A DNA stretch of 57,185 nt, filler included, from Streblomastix strix (Eukaryota), in the NCBI GenBank assembly GCA_008636045.1. It is 3 parts of 3 records of this genome, joined end to end, with 100 filler letters (N's around TTAATTAATTAA, not from the genome) between each part and the next. Parts side by side here need not be neighbours in the genome. Positions count along the whole stretch, not along the records: positions 38,204 to 57,185 come from SNRW01000555.1; 2 more parts are not named here. The stretch is one strand, 5' to 3'. The first letter of the stretch is position 1. Every line of letters starts with the position of its first letter. Of the stretch, positions 54,096-57,185 are shown piece after piece. The position numbers and the translations under genes were made by a program. Below the pieces are notes generated by a model. The model searched no databases, was not told where the DNA came from, and saw nothing but the letters and a program-made list of their open reading frames with translations.

Positions 54096-54779
54096 TCAGT
54101 TATTGTGAATGAAGTGGTTCAGTGTCTCTGCTTTGGCCCTGTTTGCCCAAGTCATGAAATCATCAGTTTATCCATTATTATTCATTTAATCTTCTAATTC
54201 TTCATTTGCACCTTCCTCTTCTATTTGCTCTTCGGTACTTCGAGCAAGTAATGGAAGAGATTGGAAGCATGGTTAATAATAATTTCTCCCTTTATGTAGT
54301 TTTCTGAGGAAATGGTTGATGTGAATCAATCCATTAAGTATCTCCTAATCTTGTTTTTCACCAACGCCTCCTGCTGTGCAATAAGAAATGGACATCATTC
54401 AGCCATATTCTTAATTAACAAGCTCTATTTGTACTTATTCATCTCCATTTTCTTGAATATATTTAAGACAATCTCTAAAGTTATGTTTCACTTCTAACTC
54501 CTATAGATCTTTTTCTTTATTGAAATGTGTGTCTAGTTTGAAAGTGGCAAGTGCTGAGAGTGATTGTAGAAGCTTCGGAATCTGAATCACTTATTTGCAG
54601 CTATTATTACTAAAGATTTGATCTATTAGGGATTGAAGATAACAAGAAATTTCAACAAGAGATGATTTTGATTCAAATTCTGGCTATTCTTTTTCTATTC
54701 TTTGTTTATTCTATTCGTATGGATCAGTAAACAAAGTTATGGAATTCGCTGAAATTTAGACTTCTTAATTGGATTCCAT
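54096..54779 (-). CDS. Intronless lineage-specific hypothetical protein (227 codons) with one internal TGA
   Basis: ATG 54779 MESNQEVQ...KQVIQIPKLLQSLSAL...ELVNQEYG*MMSISYCTAGGVGE...LPLLARSTEEQIEEGANEE...LNHFIHNN-TGA (54096), followed by ACA-TGA. No frameshift. Confidence 0.7.
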
Positions 54780-57185
54780 TTTATTCTGATTCTATTATTA
54801 CAAAATAAAATGAAAAATGAAAATGAAATACGAAAAATGATTATTTTTAAAGTAAACGTGAAATATTTATTAATAATAGGGAAATAGTTATAAATAAGTG
54901 TGGGGATATTGTAAAAAAGTAAACAGTCTAATAAAGCAATGAATCTTTGGTGTGCAATTTTACGCACAGTGAAAAATATTTTATTTCATATTTTCAATAG
55001 TTGAATAATAGATAGAAATCAATTGAATATAAAATGTAATAATTATGCACTCACACTTATGGTATAATATATGAAATATTTACAAGTTTTAGCGGTGTAT
55101 AAACGATTGAAGATTAATTATTAAAATTCTCTTTTAAGACAATGTAAATAATCAATATTTCACTTAATAAAGAATTATTTAGACCATAAATTGTGGGAAA
55201 TCATATTTTATATTACTAATGCGATTCACAATACTGACAAATAGTAAAATTTTTTTTATTTTATAGTTTTCTAAGAATGGATCTATAAAATTATTGAAAT
55301 ATAAAATTGAATATAATTTTAGATTTTGATTAAAAATAAAAATATTAAAATACTTAATTCATTATCAAATTAAAAAGTTCCATTAACCTTTTCTAAATTT
55401 GTTGACTCTTATTCAAAGTTAAATATTCATGGATATTTTTAAAAATCGAAATAATATTTATTTTTGATTGTTCAAATTTCAAAGGTTTTACTGGACTTTA
55501 CAACCACAAAACCGATAAATTAATTTTCGTTCGTTTAATTCATATCCAATTTATTGATACAACATAATTTCTTTCAATCTATTTTATTTATTCTTTTATT
55601 TTTAGAATGTTGAAATGAATATGCATGAACTGATATTAATGAAACTTGTACCGTCACATCCAATATATGCAATTACCCACCAAAATGCGTAATATGGGTG
55701 CAATTTAAGTGACGTTCAAATAAAAATTGTGTATCCCGGTGGGAAGAATATATTTAATGTATTAAATATAATAAATTCAACCCAGTATTGGAATCCAAAA
55801 TTTCTTTGTTTACAGGCTGTGAATAATGTTAACACAATATATTTCATACTATGCTTTCTATGTCAATATTACAACAGGGGTGACATTACATTTAAAACAA
55901 ATCCGTATCCTACGAGCGAGAAAATTTGCACTTTTTACAAAACCAAATTTCTATATCTTTCATAGTTCTAATTTTATTTTTATTTATTTCATTCCTATTG
56001 TTTATTTGTTTTAGTTTGATTTGACTTTATATTCAACATAATTTATGATTATAATATGCTAGTTTTTATTTCTCTTTTTTAAATTGATATTTAGGCCTTA
56101 ATATATTTATAATTTTATTGAATTTTTATTATTTTAGTTCCACATATATAAATAAACCAATATCGCCATAATTGTTAACCATTGATATTTAAACCGTTCT
56201 GAAATAGCTACACAAAACTTTATTTTCATCAACAGTTTTCTTTGTAATTAATTGATTATATTTCAATCGTTTCTGTTTTAAAGTTATATTATACATCTTT
56301 ATATTTACATTTTAGTGATTTTCAATCATATTATTATATTATTTAATATTAACCAATCTTACAAATTTGTCCAAATTTAAGTAAGTATTACATCTCGTCT
56401 ACATTTTGAATTTTATAATTTAAGTATTATTTTTGTTTATCTATGTGTATTTATTTTATTTTTATATTTTTCATCATTGTTTATTTTGTTTAACCAATGT
56501 TTAAAAATCATAATTTTTGACTTTTTTCCTAATTTTCTCTCATTTCTTTATATCTACTATAGGAACATAAGAATTAAGTAACATAATCAATTTTATACCA
56601 TTATAATTAATATTTTTAGGTATGAATTTATGTTAAGTAATTATCAAATATATATGAAATTTACTTGTTTTAATTAGTCATTTCAGTGATGAAACCAGTT
56701 AGCCATGCATTGCCAAGCAGGATGATTTAACAGTATGATTTTATTTGCTGCATTGTTATAACTAATATTTAAATTACTTATTGTTATAATAAAATTTATT
56801 CATAAAGAGCTAAGCTTAGTTAAAACTGTGAAAGAATCAAATAGAGATTTTCCATGAACCATCAATAGAACAAGAATTGTTTTTTTAATAATCATAATAT
56901 TTTTTTTATATTACTTCTGTGAATTTGAAACATAATAGATACTTTACAATAAAATATATAAAGCGGTTCTAACAAAACTTTTCATTTTAAATAATGAAAA
57001 TCGTAGCTATCCACGTATCTGGAATACTACCTTTTTATTCTGAGACTGTAACCTATGGCAATGGGTCCAGTCAACGAAACCCAAAAATATTCACGAAGTG
57101 TTAAACATAACATTAAACTACTTAAAATAAATAAAATCAATTTAAAATTTAACTTTAAACGTAAAGAACAAAAATTGTTAATAAC

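Noticed and set aside
1231..54401. Selenocysteine as the meaning of the internal TGAs
   Set aside because: The contexts are not Cys/redox motifs, the proteins are not selenoprotein families, and no convincing SECIS was seen.
55640..55940. GC-richer motifs (CAGGGGTGAC, small inverted repeats) as a MITE or RNA gene
   Set aside because: No paired TIR/TSD or recognisable tRNA/rRNA structure could be established.
56690..57100. Leucine-rich-repeat gene (minus-strand VSLTGPI and KGSIPDTW fragments)
   Set aside because: The fragments are too short and disrupted to support a gene model.

Overview
AT-rich eukaryotic (protist) DNA that uses a non-standard nuclear code: TAA/TAG read as Gln. The supplied standard-code ORF track is therefore mostly fragments or antisense noise. 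The code, the short GT-AG introns and the transposon content suggest an oxymonad such as Streblomastix (inference). Two 100-nt N-linkers containing TTAATTAATTAA (19013-19112, 38104-38203) split the window into three probably unrelated contigs. Contig 1 carries a 6-exon CK1/tau-tubulin-kinase gene, the last exon of a peptidase T gene, and a decayed Polinton/Maverick-like element (rve integrase, protein-primed PolB, A32-like ATPase, capsid-like ORFs) with a complete hAT transposon inserted in its integrase. Contig 2 is one ~19-kb intronless reading frame encoding a TRRAP/Tra1-like PIKK protein inflated by low-complexity inserts. Contig 3 carries a palindromic ~39-bp satellite, a second PolB relic, a decayed hAT, a DIRS retrotransposon and a lineage-specific gene; the DIRS has intact ITRs and ICR but no recombinase core, and has three conserved hairpins in its place. 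Most striking: TGA ends several ORFs, yet three otherwise clean host ORFs each carry exactly one internal in-frame TGA, and such TGAs mostly sit where Arg fits. This is a candidate dual-meaning UGA (all three stops read as their C-starting counterparts CAA/CAG/CGA). CGA->TGA mutation or amplification artefact is the main alternative. All translations and motif matches were done by eye; no database searches were run.
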